Positions 46,696-56,639 of a stretch of DNA of 64,000 nt are shown piece after piece. Location of the stretch: contig CBDCJO010000002.1 in assembly GCA_965217865.1 (NCBI GenBank), positions 320,001-384,000 on the forward strand. Reading direction: 5' to 3'. The first letter of the stretch is position 1. Every line of letters starts with the position of its first letter. The notes below the pieces were generated by a model, which was not told where the DNA came from, ran no database searches, and saw only the letters and a list, made by a program, of their open reading frames with translations. The translations under genes and the position numbers were made by a program. The stretch is from Candidatus Latescibacterota bacterium. GTDB taxonomy: Bacteria > Latescibacterota > UBA2968 > SICM01.

Positions 46696-47945
46696 TGCCT
46701 CAAGACAAGGCAGGGAGTCCTTGGCAAGTATTCCGGCCGTCAGCGTGGCCCGAAGCGCCGGTGTGGATGTCCTACTCTACACTGTCACACTTGGAGGCCT
46801 GTCCACGTCGATGGGCTCTCAGCACTGCCGCGTTTCCGAGCGTGTGGGAAGAGTCCGGTTACCCCCGTCCCCCACAACAGACGGCTCTTGAAGGCACGGT
46901 CGTCCATTTGAGTCTTCAGAAGATTACGCGTTCCTTTGTAGAACGTCGTTGTCCTTCGTTGACTGACGAGAGTGCGATCTTGGCGCTGAGGGAGTTCGGT
47001 GGCTATACGGCGGTCGTTGTGGGTAGTCTGAAATTGGCGCTTCAGCCGTATGAAAGGAACCCACGAGCTGCTCCGTTACTTGAGGAAATTCATCGTCGAC
47101 TTTCTGCGAGAGTTCCAGAACTCCGCTCAAGAGTACAGAGATTGCTGACTCGCATTCGACCTGCGGAACGTCGGGCTGGTGGATTAGAGCCGGCTGTGAA
47201 CCATCCCGGGGTCGAATCACGATCTCCGCTGGTGCATGGTTCCTATGCAGAAGTCGAAATTCGAGCAATCGAGATAGCGTGGCGTGGTTTTGCCGACTTA
47301 CTCACGCTTTCAAACACGGAGTGCGAGATTCGAGATTTTAAGACCGGAGTTCCAAAAGAGGAGCATGTGTTCCAAGTTCGTACATATGCACTGCTGTGGG
47401 CCCGGGATCGTGATTTGAATCCGACTGGTAGGTTAGCGGACAGATTGGTTCTTTCTTACGACGAAAGCGATATAGAGGTTCCGGCGCCAGACGAGGGAGA
47501 AATCGGTCAGTTAGAAAATGAACTGCGGAGACGAACCGCCGAGGCGTTGACTGATCTCCAGGATGATCCTCCTGAGGCTCGGCCTAGCCCGCAAAACTGC
47601 GAGCACTGTCATGTACGACACCTATGCGAAGAGTATTGGCACCTACATGCGAGACAAAGAGCCACCAACGGGTCGGCAAACAGCGGGTTTGGAGACGTCC
47701 AGATCGGTCTTACTGGTCAGCACGGCCCTAGTAGTTGGGATGGTGTAATCCAATCCGGTCCAGACTTGAAGGTAGGTGAACCAATCTTGCTGAGGACAAC
47801 AAATCTCCAATTTGAACTGAAATCGGGTCAACGGGTTCGTCTGCTTAATGTCCACATTCGTGTGCCTGAAGAAGAGTTAATTGAAGAACAACCGCCGGCA
47901 TTTGTAGCAACGATGGGAGCGAATTCCGAGGCGTTTCTGCTTTGA
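46695..47945 (+). CDS. PD-(D/E)XK nuclease (RecB/Cas4-like)
   Basis: SYSTL..CPRRW, GTVVH, GFADLL, IRDFKTG, Q..TY, CEHCHVRHLC. TAATG overlap with the upstream gene. Confidence 0.85.
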   Translation: MPQDKAGSPWQVFRPSAWPEAPVWMSYSTLSHLEACPRRWALSTAAFPSVWEESGYPRPPQQTALEGTVVHLSLQKITRSFVERRCPSLTDESAILALREFGGYTAVVVGSLKLALQPYERNPRAAPLLEEIHRRLSARVPELRSRVQRLLTRIRPAERRAGGLEPAVNHPGVESRSPLVHGSYAEVEIRAIEIAWRGFADLLTLSNTECEIRDFKTGVPKEEHVFQVRTYALLWARDRDLNPTGRLADRLVLSYDESDIEVPAPDEGEIGQLENELRRRTAEALTDLQDDPPEARPSPQNCEHCHVRHLCEEYWHLHARQRATNGSANSGFGDVQIGLTGQHGPSSWDGVIQSGPDLKVGEPILLRTTNLQFELKSGQRVRLLNVHIRVPEEELIEEQPPAFVATMGANSEAFLL

Positions 47946-48002
47946 GGAATTACTCGTCTGCATTGTGGTCCGGACTGATCGACGCAAGAACGAGACTCGC
48001 TT

Positions 48003-48368
48003 ATGACGCTTGAACAGATCACTGCGCTGGCCGTAAAAGGCGAATCCGAAACGCTGGAGTTCAAGAGCACCACGGGAACGCGCCGCGAGGCGGCCCAAAC
48101 CGTGTGCGCCATGCTCAACCAGTGCGGCGGGCACGTGCTGTTCGGTGTCACGGCGACGGGAGATGTGGCCGGCCAACAGGTGAGCGCCGAGATCCAAAGG
48201 ATCGATCCGCCGGCATTTCCGGCGGTCGAGCGGATTCACGTAGCCGGAGACCTTGAAGTGGTGGCGGTTCGTGTGAGCCAGGGTTCCGCGCGGCCGTACC
48301 AGTACCGGGGTACCGCCTATCGACGAGTTGGCAACACGACGTTGGCCATGTCGGCCGACGAATACAAC
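48003..48368 (+). pseudogene. Schlafen/AlbA_2 domain protein, N-terminal fragment
   Basis: GESETLEFKS, VCAMLN..GG.VLFGV, YRRVGNTT. Truncated. Confidence 0.85.
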
Positions 48369-48486
48369 TACTTCTGGATCACGGCGAATGGTCCATCCGT
48401 CCTCTTCGTAAATGTCTTGCAGGCGCAAAGTCAATCATCCTTACGGCTGAAACGGATGCATGGTGCCGTTCCTGGGGTGGCATTTC

Positions 48487-48611
48487 TCATAACGTTCCCG
48501 CGGGCTGCGGAACTTGCCGGCCTGTCCTCCGGAGCTGCGTAGCAGCGAAGGAGGGAGGCAAGTTGGGCCGGAGGTGCGAAAGCGCCGGAGCCGCAGCCCG
48601 GCGTGTTATAT
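48487..48611 (-). other. attC site 1
   Basis: TCATAAC...GTTATAT with inner palindrome CGGGCTGC/GCAGCCCG. Confidence 0.85.
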
Positions 48612-48628
48612 GCTGCCGTGGTCGAGCA

Positions 48629-49441
48629 TCAACCCTGTGGTTTTTGTCCTACGTAGAGTACGTGTCTGGACGAAGCCAGCATGCTTTTTTCTGCACTGAC
48701 TTCGAATAGAAGGTCCAACCAAAGGTCTCGTTGCTTCCCTTCAAGTGTGTTGTAGCTCTCGTCGTCTGCGGAGATTGCCGGCTCGACGCCAGCAATCTTG
48801 AGGGTGCGGAATCCCACTGTTTCATGCAAGGGGGCGATCTCATCCAACCGCACAAAATAGCCTCGGAAGCCACCTCTTGGGGCACCAGCGGGGCGTTGGC
48901 CGTGTCTAGCCAGTGACCAAACCTCTTCTTGGTTCTCTATCCAGGAAGGGTTCGTTTTAATCAGGTCTCCAAGAACACCGAATCTGGAAAGCATGGCGGA
49001 AAGGATCACTCCTCCTGATGTTAGGCATTCGTAGGCTGACCGCAGAGCTGCTGCTCGATCGGTTTCAAGTAGTAGATGGTACAGCGGACCCATAAGCAGA
49101 ACAGCCTCAAACTGGCCACGGGGAATACCATCCAGCTCGCGTGCATCGCCAGTCCGGAAGTCAATCTGATCAGATAAGCCGAGCTCCTCCGCCTTCGCCT
49201 TGCATCGGGTAACGTACTCATCAGCAAGATCGACAGCCGTGATCTGGTAGCCCCGCTCTGCCAAGGCAAAGGTGTAGAACCCTGTGCCGGAGCCAATCTC
49301 AAGAAGCCTGCCGCGAGGTGGCAGGTACAGGTCCAAATAGCGCCAAGTAATGTCGGCCTCAAGCTGATGGCGCTCTAACCTGCTTGCCTCGATCTCCCAT
49401 CCAGCGTTGTACATCTCGCGTATGTCGGTCAGATCGCCCAT
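48629..49441 (-). CDS. Class I SAM methyltransferase (gene cassette)
   Basis: LLEIGSGTG, LMGPLYHL. The gene fills the interval between two attC sites. Confidence 0.9.
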   Translation of the reverse strand: MGDLTDIREMYNAGWEIEASRLERHQLEADITWRYLDLYLPPRGRLLEIGSGTGFYTFALAERGYQITAVDLADEYVTRCKAKAEELGLSDQIDFRTGDARELDGIPRGQFEAVLLMGPLYHLLLETDRAAALRSAYECLTSGGVILSAMLSRFGVLGDLIKTNPSWIENQEEVWSLARHGQRPAGAPRGGFRGYFVRLDEIAPLHETVGFRTLKIAGVEPAISADDESYNTLEGKQRDLWLDLLFEVSAEKSMLASSRHVLYVGQKPQG

Positions 49442-49468
49442 GGTGTCTTTCTGTTCGACCACGGTTGC

Positions 49469-49606
49469 ATATAACGTTTGGCACCCCCGAACCTGCCGGG
49501 GGCGCGGCGCTTGCTTATAGGATTTCAGGAAAGCAGCAAGCGCCGTGACCGCCATAACAGGTTTGGTTGAGTGCCGAAGGCACGAGCCGGGGGTGCCGTG
49601 TTATAA
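49469..49606 (-). other. attC site 2
   Basis: ATATAAC...GTTATAA with palindrome GGCACCCCCG/CGGGGGTGCC. Confidence 0.88.
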
Positions 49607-49644
49607 GCCGTGCCGGTTCCGCGATTGTTGTTCAACTGCGAGTC

Positions 49645-50515
49645 CTACCGCTTCACCGCCAGCAATGTCACCCCATTGACCCCTCTAGTGTCGTGTCCCA
49701 GTAATTCCTTACAAAAGAAAGTCTCCAAAAACGTAGCGGTGGCTGTCATTTTGATCGAGAGCCAGCGAGCGAAGATCGCACCAACTGTCTGATAGTTCGG
49801 GACATAGAGATCCTTCGCTCCGCTCAGGACGAACAGACCGCTATCCGAGAAATTATTGAAGGAACTTCTGGGACACGACACTAGGATCTAGAGTTGACAG
49901 TTCCAAGCCTGATTTCTTGACCATGTGTGATATGTCATCCAAGAACGAGGTGAACTCGAAGTCATCACCCGCGAGCTCACTCTTTAGAATCTGCCAATTT
50001 TCTATCCCAAACCGTTTTTCCCACTGAGCATAGATTTCCGGGATGCGTTCATTCATCTCCTCACGTGTGAAGTTGAATGAGTCATCTTCAAGATAGAAGC
50101 CCCCCCTTGATTTGAGCATGCTGTAAACTTGGTCGAGAATGTGTCTCTTGTCCTTATCCGGCACGTGATGAAGGGCTGCGATCGAAACCACAGCATCAGC
50201 TATCTCTTCACCTGAATCGAATTCGCGGAAGTCACCGTGTACAATTCTTACATTTGAGATTCCTCGTTTCAATAGCAGCCGGCGAGACGACTCGACCATA
50301 TGAATCGAGCCATCAACTCCCACCCCCGCTTTGATGTGGTTAGCCAACTCTGCCAATAATTTCCCTTCCCCACAGCCGAGGTCAACAAGAGTGCTATCGG
50401 AGGTCAGCCCAAGCTTTCCGACCCACTGCGCGGCCTCGAACTCCACGGGCGAAGTGAACCTTATGTAGGTATCAGCGTAAGCCTGATCTTCCCATCGTTT
50501 CAAGCAATCCGGCAT
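49645..50515 (-). pseudogene. Class I SAM methyltransferase (gene cassette), C-terminus interrupted by a MITE
   Basis: LVDLGCGEG, AALHHV. Removing the MITE and one CTAG restores ...LDPRGVNGVTLLAVKR*. Confidence 0.88.
49689..49880. mobile_element. 192-bp MITE with CTAG target duplication
   Basis: IRs TGTCGTGTCCCAG / CTGGGACACGACA with CTAG on both sides. No ORF. Confidence 0.88.
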
Positions 50516-50699
50516 GCTCGTTTCGTCCTCTGTATCTTGGGTACAGCTCTACCAAAGAAAGTGAAGTCGGATTTGATGTGTGGAAAGTGACACTGAACCG
50601 GCATGGCTTATAACGTCTCGCGCATGTCCGAAGTCCGAGCGCAGCGAGGATTTGGGCGGAAGCCGGTGGTTTTCTCTGGCTGTAGCCGGACATGCGCTG

Positions 50700-52333
50700 A
50701 TATTAATCTAAAGGCCCTCGTTGTCAGGAAAAGTTATTATTTGAGGTCCGGATATCTCAATAACCTTTCCACCACAGGAGGGCCTTATGCGATACGCGAA
50801 GATCGACTCCGACTATTTCTGTGGCATCGATCTCCACGCCAGAACCATGTATGTTTGTGTAATGAGTAAGATGGGGGAGATTGTGTTCCAGCGCAATCTG
50901 AAAAACGACTTCAAACTCTTACTGCAGGTGCTGGAAGCTCACCTCGGTAGCATCGCCGTCGGGGTGGAGTCAACCTTCAACTGGTACTGGCTGGCTGACG
51001 GATGTCACAAGGCCGGAATTCCATTCTACCTGGGACACGCCCTGTATATGAAGGCGATCCACGGGGGCAAAAAGAAGAACGACCGTCTCGATTCCAGAAT
51101 GCTGGCAGAGCTGATGCGCTGCAACCTGTTCCCGATGGCCTATGCCTATCCGCAAGAGATGCGGGCAACCCGGGACCTGCTCCGGCGAAGGCACCGGTTT
51201 GTGGCCTTACGGGCTGAGTGCTACACCCACATCCAGAACACCTTCTCTCAGCAGGCTATCCTGGATCCTCTCAGCGACCAGGTCAAAAAGAAGACCAGCA
51301 GGAGAAAGCTGTGCGAACGTCTGGCCGACCCAGATCTGGGTATGTCTGTGGGCTGCGATCTGGACCTGGTTGACTCCCTGGACAAAATGATCTACAAAGT
51401 CGAGAAGCAAGTCCTTGCACAGGCCAAACATCACGATCGCAATGCCCTGTCTATCCTGATGACGGTTCCCGGACTTGGGGAGATGCTGGCCATGACCATC
51501 CTGTATGAAATCCACACGGTTGAACGGTTCAAATCCGCTTCAGCCTTCTCCTCCTACAGCCGGCTGATCAAAGTCGAGAGAGAGTCCGCTGGGAAGAAGA
51601 CAAAGGACGGGAATAACAAAATCGGAAACCCACACCTAAAGTGGGCCTTCTCGGAAATCATCCTCGTGGCTCAGAGATGGTCAGAACCGATCAATAGAAA
51701 CTACGAGAAACTCAAGAGCAAACACGGTCCGGGAAAAGCCAAGAGCGTCATCGCTCATAAATTCGGCGTGGCCGCCTACCAAATGCTCAAAAGTGGCCAG
51801 GCATTCGACGAGAAACGGTTTGTAGCATAATGGGTGGGGCGGTTAACCCGGCAGCTAACTGGCAGGGCAACGTCCGGACAATAGCCCAGCTCTCCCGCTG
51901 TGATTGGGAAGCCGCCTTCACCCCTTATATAGAACATAGATGAGCGGATCTGAGACAGTCAGTCCGTCTGCCCCCGCGATGAACCCGAACCTAACTGGCG
52001 TTCCCCCTCACAAAAAGGGGAGAACAGCCATCCTTCTTGATTGGGTCGCAAGGGGTACCGATTATTTTCTGGAGGGAGAGGAAAAGCCTCTCCCAGGGCG
52101 CTCCACAGAATACCGTGAGAGACGCTTGATTTCCAATACGTGTTTGGTGCAGATGGCTCACATCTAGCCCGGTATGTGAAAATCGAGCCAGACTGGCGAC
52201 TGACAAAGATCCGAACATCGCTAAACCTCTTCGGATCGGCTCATTGCAAGTCCCGACCGTTAGGGTCGCAAAAAAACGGTGAAAATCGTGATGAAGGGGT
52301 CTTTTTTTCTTGACCCGGGGCCTTTAATATGTG
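50700..52333 (+). mobile_element. IS110-family (IS1111-type) element; transposase 50787..51830
   Basis: DEDD motifs GIDLH, VGVEST, KNDRLDS and C-terminal ESAG. Sub-terminal IRs TAAAGGCCC..GTCA / TGAC..GGGCCTTTA. No TSD. Ends accurate to about 2 bp. Confidence 0.9.
51831..52300 (+). ncRNA. Putative seek/bridge RNA region of the IS1111-type element
   Basis: About 500 bp of non-coding DNA downstream of the transposase, the known location in IS1111 elements. Structure not computed. Confidence 0.55.
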
Positions 52334-52356
52334 TGTTATATGAAGTTCGACCCCAT

Positions 52357-53103
52357 TCAATTATACTTTGTAGATATTTCATTGTACGATAAATTTCCCC
52401 CATAGATGTCAAGGGCAGAACCAACCGTAAAATTGATTTTGCTATTTCCATGCTTCTCTACTAATGATATATCATTATATGATTTTATTCCTCCTGCATA
52501 TGTTGTAGTAATAGGAGAAAATTCACCAAGCATTTTTATCAAATCTACTTCAACGCCTGAAGTTTTCCCTTCAACATCAACAGCATGCACTAAAAATTCA
52601 TCACAATATTCTGATAAAAACAATAAGCAATCTTTATCAATTTTACAGTTTGTGAACTTGCTCCACTTGTCGGTCATAATATAATAATCTGTCTCCTTTT
52701 TCCTTGAACTCAGATCTAATACAATATTATCTTTTTCAACAACCTTTCGGAGTTTTTTAAGATTATTTAGATCAATTTCACCATTTTTAAACACAAATGA
52801 TGTTACAATTATATGTGATGCTCCTTTTGAAATATAATAGTCAGCATTTTCGTCATTAATCCCACCGCCAACTTGAAGCCCTTTTGGGAACACTTCAAGG
52901 GCCTTTATTACTTGAGATTCATTTCCAGGGCCTAGCATCATAATATGACCGCCATATAGATTGCTGGTTTTAAACATTGTAGCATAATAGGTTGCTGGTT
53001 GAGTAGAAATAAAATTCTGTTTAATTTCATTGTCTTTTAATGTACTGCCAATAATCTGTTTTACTAATCCATTATGAAGGTCAATACATGGCCTGAATTT
53101 CAT
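52357..53103 (-). CDS. hisA: ProFAR isomerase HisA, His6/eukaryote-like type (gene cassette)
   Basis: MKFRPCIDLHNGLVKQIIGSTL, LQVGGGIN, HAVDVEG, TYAGG, TVGSALDIYGG. Strongly AT-rich and flanked by attC sites. Confidence 0.92.
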   Translation of the reverse strand: MKFRPCIDLHNGLVKQIIGSTLKDNEIKQNFISTQPATYYATMFKTSNLYGGHIMMLGPGNESQVIKALEVFPKGLQVGGGINDENADYYISKGASHIIVTSFVFKNGEIDLNNLKKLRKVVEKDNIVLDLSSRKKETDYYIMTDKWSKFTNCKIDKDCLLFLSEYCDEFLVHAVDVEGKTSGVEVDLIKMLGEFSPITTTYAGGIKSYNDISLVEKHGNSKINFTVGSALDIYGGNLSYNEISTKYN

Positions 53104-53147
53104 TTATCATTACCTATTAGAAATATTATACAATGGGGTCGAATTTC

Positions 53148-53234
53148 ATATAACGTCGTTCGCCGCTTTCGAACCCGCGTCAGCGGGTTGGGTCGAAGCC
53201 CGTCAGGGCTGAGCCTCAAGCGGACGTGTTACAC
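53148..53234 (-). other. attC site 4
   Basis: ATATAAC...GTTACAC with palindrome CCGCTT/AAGCGG and branched inner hairpins. Confidence 0.8.
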
Positions 53235-53315
53235 GCTGGCAGCTTTCTTGAGAAGCACCCGCTGAAGTGATTTGTAAGCAGGTTTGGGGCGGTATTCCTC
53301 GTCGAACAGGAAAGG

Positions 53316-53465
53316 GGTTCCCCCGCACACGCGGGGATAGACCCAAATACTTACCCAAATATCGAGCAAGCTTAATGGTTCCCCCGCACACGCGGGGATA
53401 GACCCAAATACTTACCCAAATATCGAGCAAGCTTAATGGTTCCCCCGCACACGCGGGGATAGACC
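53316..53465 (+). CRISPR. Mini CRISPR array: 3 x 28-bp type I-E-like repeats, 2 identical 33-bp spacers
   Basis: GGTTCCCCCGCACACGCGGGGATAGACC at 53316, 53377 and 53438; spacer CAAATACTTACCCAAATATCGAGCAAGCTTAAT twice. Confidence 0.9.
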
Positions 53466-53511
53466 TTCATCCCCTGAAAATCGGTGAACTTTCCTTCGGT
53501 CTCCAGCTTCT

Positions 53512-54371
53512 CTAATTGCATCTCGGCCTCCATCACGAGAAGGTCGGGTCAGATCAATTTCCGCGATATCGGGGAGAAGTAGTTTGGCGATTGCAGCGGC
53601 ACAGCGTTCGAAACCGTGAGATTGGTCTCTGAAATATTCGTGAATTGTATTTAGGATGGAGCGTTCCTTTGAGGCTTTTGGAATTTGCTCAGCTTTTGTC
53701 CTGTAATCCAGTGATCTGGTAGCAAGCAGCGACTGCGGCTGGCCGGTTTGTACCCAGTAGGACCAAACCGGATGCGCGTTAGAGGAATGAGGATTGCCGG
53801 CGATGATATCGACAATCCAAGCCCGTGACAGCGATGGGGTTTTAAGGACTGAAAAGCGGGCACAATAGTTTTGAAAACGACTTCCTTTGGAGATCCGCCA
53901 GATGGCGACAAGATCTTCAGAAGCGCGGAGGGCGGTGGTGCCGGGAACGGCCAGTCCGAGAAATACAACATCTCTCCATTCGCCCGTGTTCTCGAAGAGC
54001 AAGATGGGAGGTACCTTTCGGCGTCCTTCAATGCCCGAATGAGCCAAGTTGAAGATTCGTCGGAGAAGTTCATTACCTTTTCTGGGCGTCTCGTGTAGCC
54101 CACGACCGGGGCTCTTATTGTCTCCGAAATAAGTATAGACACCGGTCTCGCGATCCAGCATGTCCGGCCAGTCTGGATCCTTGTTCGAGGAGGTCAGAAC
54201 CACCAATTCCAATGCGTGGACTCGCCCCCGATACCGGAAGCCGCCAGAATTGCTTACGTTGAGTAGGAGAGGCAAGGGATCGTCTCCAGCGTTGCCCATG
54301 CGACCTCCTCGATAGACGGCGTCGACCCTAAGGTCGGTTGAACAAGCGTCCGAGAACGGTACGATCTGCAT
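53512..54371 (-). pseudogene. AspBHI-like modification-dependent restriction endonuclease (SRA-like + Mrr), 3'-truncated
   Basis: NSGGFR, YFGDNK.PG, FLGLAVPG, TRPSRDGGRDA, then breaks. Confidence 0.8.
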
Positions 54372-54499
54372 GTCAGTGTCCGGCGTCTGTGTTGAGGTGT
54401 ATTCCGTCGTCGGTCAAGCTGCCAGTACCCCCTTGACGGGCTTGTCCTGTGCTCCTGGAGATGCAGACAAGGCGCGTAGCGGTTCGCCCATCATATCCA

Positions 54500-54780
54500 C
54501 ACGCGGTTCGCCGCGGCGCACAATGGCGTAATGCCCAATGTCCTTCCACATCCCTCGAACCGAGAACCCGAGCCTGTCTCGATAAAAATCTGCCGCTCGC
54601 TCTATGTCCTTTACACCGAACCTCATTGCAGCAGAGCGGAATGCATCATCCGGCACAGACTTGCGTAACATGGTATCCATTTCTTCCCCCTCAAACAAAG
54701 AGTAGATGTACTGCTTCATTCTTGCCCAGCTTGCAAAGCCGTGTTCTCCGGCAACAACCAATTGAGCATCATGTAAGGAA
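54500..54780 (-). pseudogene. VOC/glyoxalase-containing protein fragment
   Basis: VKDIERAADFYRDRLGF. Confidence 0.65.
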
Positions 54781-54894
54781 TTCAGCTTGGAGTATCTCTG
54801 ACTCAGAAGCAGTAGCCAACTTTAAAGAAACTCTTGATCCTGAGAAAAGCATCAGGATTTCTTGTGTTATGTGCCCGCAAAGAAGTGCTTGGCA

Positions 54895-55779
54895 CTATTG
54901 AAACTTCTGCGTAGCAAATTCGTAGATCAATTGCCGAAATGCTTCGGGTTCTTCTTCGTGCGGATAGTGACCGGACTGCTCGAGGATTTCTAGTCGACTT
55001 CTTTTCAGACGCTTCGCCGCCTCGCTTGCGTGTCGTGGCGATATGACATGATCGTGTCTGCCCGTCACCACTAAAACCGGCTGCTGTAATCCTGGTAGCT
55101 CGTCGAGAATAGAATATGAGGTGAATAACCCTTGGTTCCAGAATGACTCAACGATCCACCGCACCACGGACACCGTGGTTTTAGAATACCCCCAACGCTC
55201 AAGCCCACCTTCAAGGGGCACATCGGCGTCAGGATCATACCAATAGAGCTCCTGTATATCCACAAGATGATCAAAGTCGTCAAGGGTTAGAGCTTCACCC
55301 CCTTCATATTTCAGCACCACTTGTTCAATGTGGGGTATTTTTTTCTCTTCGGCGAGTCTGGCCGCCCCGTTCAGACGATCCTCCAGAGATATCCGTGCAT
55401 CAAGATAGCCGTTCTCAAGAATCACCTTCTTCACTCGTCCCGAGTGTGCCAGAGTGTACTCAAGTGCGATGGCCCCACCGAAGCTCTGGCCAAGGAGTAG
55501 GACATGTTGGGTATCCAGGTGCTCAAGTAGCTCGTGAAGATCCCGGATATACCGGGCAATAGAGATCGATGAATCAGGAACAGACCTGGCCGAGAGGCCT
55601 GATCCCCTCTGATCGTAGAGAACTGTCCGGAAGTCATCTGTGAGTCGAGATGCAAAGGGTCGAAGGTAACTTGAGTTAAACCCAGGACCTCCATGAATGA
55701 AGACCAGTGTACCAAGTCTGGGGGTTCCCTCGTCGAAGTAAGATATCTCTACACCGTCGGAGGTAGTGAATCCACCCAT
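54895..55779 (-). CDS. Alpha/beta hydrolase (proline iminopeptidase-like)
   Basis: HGGPG, YDQRGSG, GQSFGG, GRHD, SGHYPH. Complete. Confidence 0.9.
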   Translation of the reverse strand: MGGFTTSDGVEISYFDEGTPRLGTLVFIHGGPGFNSSYLRPFASRLTDDFRTVLYDQRGSGLSARSVPDSSISIARYIRDLHELLEHLDTQHVLLLGQSFGGAIALEYTLAHSGRVKKVILENGYLDARISLEDRLNGAARLAEEKKIPHIEQVVLKYEGGEALTLDDFDHLVDIQELYWYDPDADVPLEGGLERWGYSKTTVSVVRWIVESFWNQGLFTSYSILDELPGLQQPVLVVTGRHDHVISPRHASEAAKRLKRSRLEILEQSGHYPHEEEPEAFRQLIYEFATQKFQ

Positions 55780-56119
55780 CCGAGGCTCCTTCTCGCCCGC
55801 GACAGCACGTGTGGAATTCGGAACATGTCAACAATTTTGCGACACTGAAAGTTGGAATTTAGTGAAGTTTCCGGCCGTCTCCATAAGAGGTGTCATCGGC
55901 AACCGTGGATCTATCTTCAGGATCTATAGTGCCTTGGGATGTGTTGTTTCCTAAGATTAGACGCACGAAGATTTGTGGAGTAAGTAGAACCTGAATTGAG
56001 CTGTTCCACGGCTTCGACCGGGTCTAGGTGGGTTACCGGTACTCAGGCGGACCGGCTTGGGCCTGTTGCCGGCCGCGCAGGAGTACATTCTGGCCCAGGA
56101 GAACGGCAAGGATCGCTGC

Positions 56120-56465
56120 GTGCGGTCAACGGCTCGACAACCGAAGTGTGCACGGCCAGCACCGGGTCGAAGAGATGCGCCAGGCGGATCCGCTGTGCCT
56201 CGGAGACCAGGCGGAACAGCGCGCCGTCTCCGTCAAAGCTCCATGGCCGGCCGACTTCGACGATCTCGAGCCGGGCTTCGTCGTGACGGTACAGAAGCTC
56301 ATTGGCAACCTTTCCAGTCGGTGTCTTGTACGTCAACTCAAGCGCTTCGGAGCCGAACCACTGCACGCTGACCACCGTGACGAGGGAGTCGGATAGGATG
56401 CCATGCACCGCAGCATTGGCCTGGAGATCTTCCAGCTTCATACTCTGCTTCTGTTCCCTGTTCAT
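56120..56465 (-). pseudogene. N-terminal fragment of a DrmD-like SNF2 helicase
   Basis: [36 protein letters not shown], the segment that precedes PHQ in this family. Confidence 0.75.
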
Positions 56466-56639
56466 ATTTGAGAACCCGATATGCCCCCCGGAAGGGCGTG
56501 GTTTCCTGCTCCCCACGCGCCCGCCACGGTTTCGACGAGCGTGGTCTTGCCCCTCACTGCATTCCGGGGGTGCGCGAGACTGGGAGCCAAGACGATTAGG
56601 GGCAGTCAGACAATCGAGTAATATAGCCGTTTGGCCGGA

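Larger units (their letters stand above)
50608..52341 (-). other. attC site 3, split by IS110 (halves 50608-50699 and 52334-52341)
   Basis: TTATAAC..GCGCATGTCCG...CGGACATGCGCTG | IS | TGTTATAT reconstitutes a ~100 bp attC like its neighbours. Confidence 0.85.

Noticed and set aside
28754-47945. Functional DISARM system
   Set aside because: The DrmD- and DrmB-like genes are fragmented, and no intact DrmA, DrmC or methylase is present.
49442-49555. N-terminal extension of ORF 48629..49555
   Set aside because: It lies inside attC2; the likely start is the ATG at 49441.
48487-53234. Complete integron
   Set aside because: No tyrosine recombinase or attI is visible in the window, so it is treated as a CALIN.
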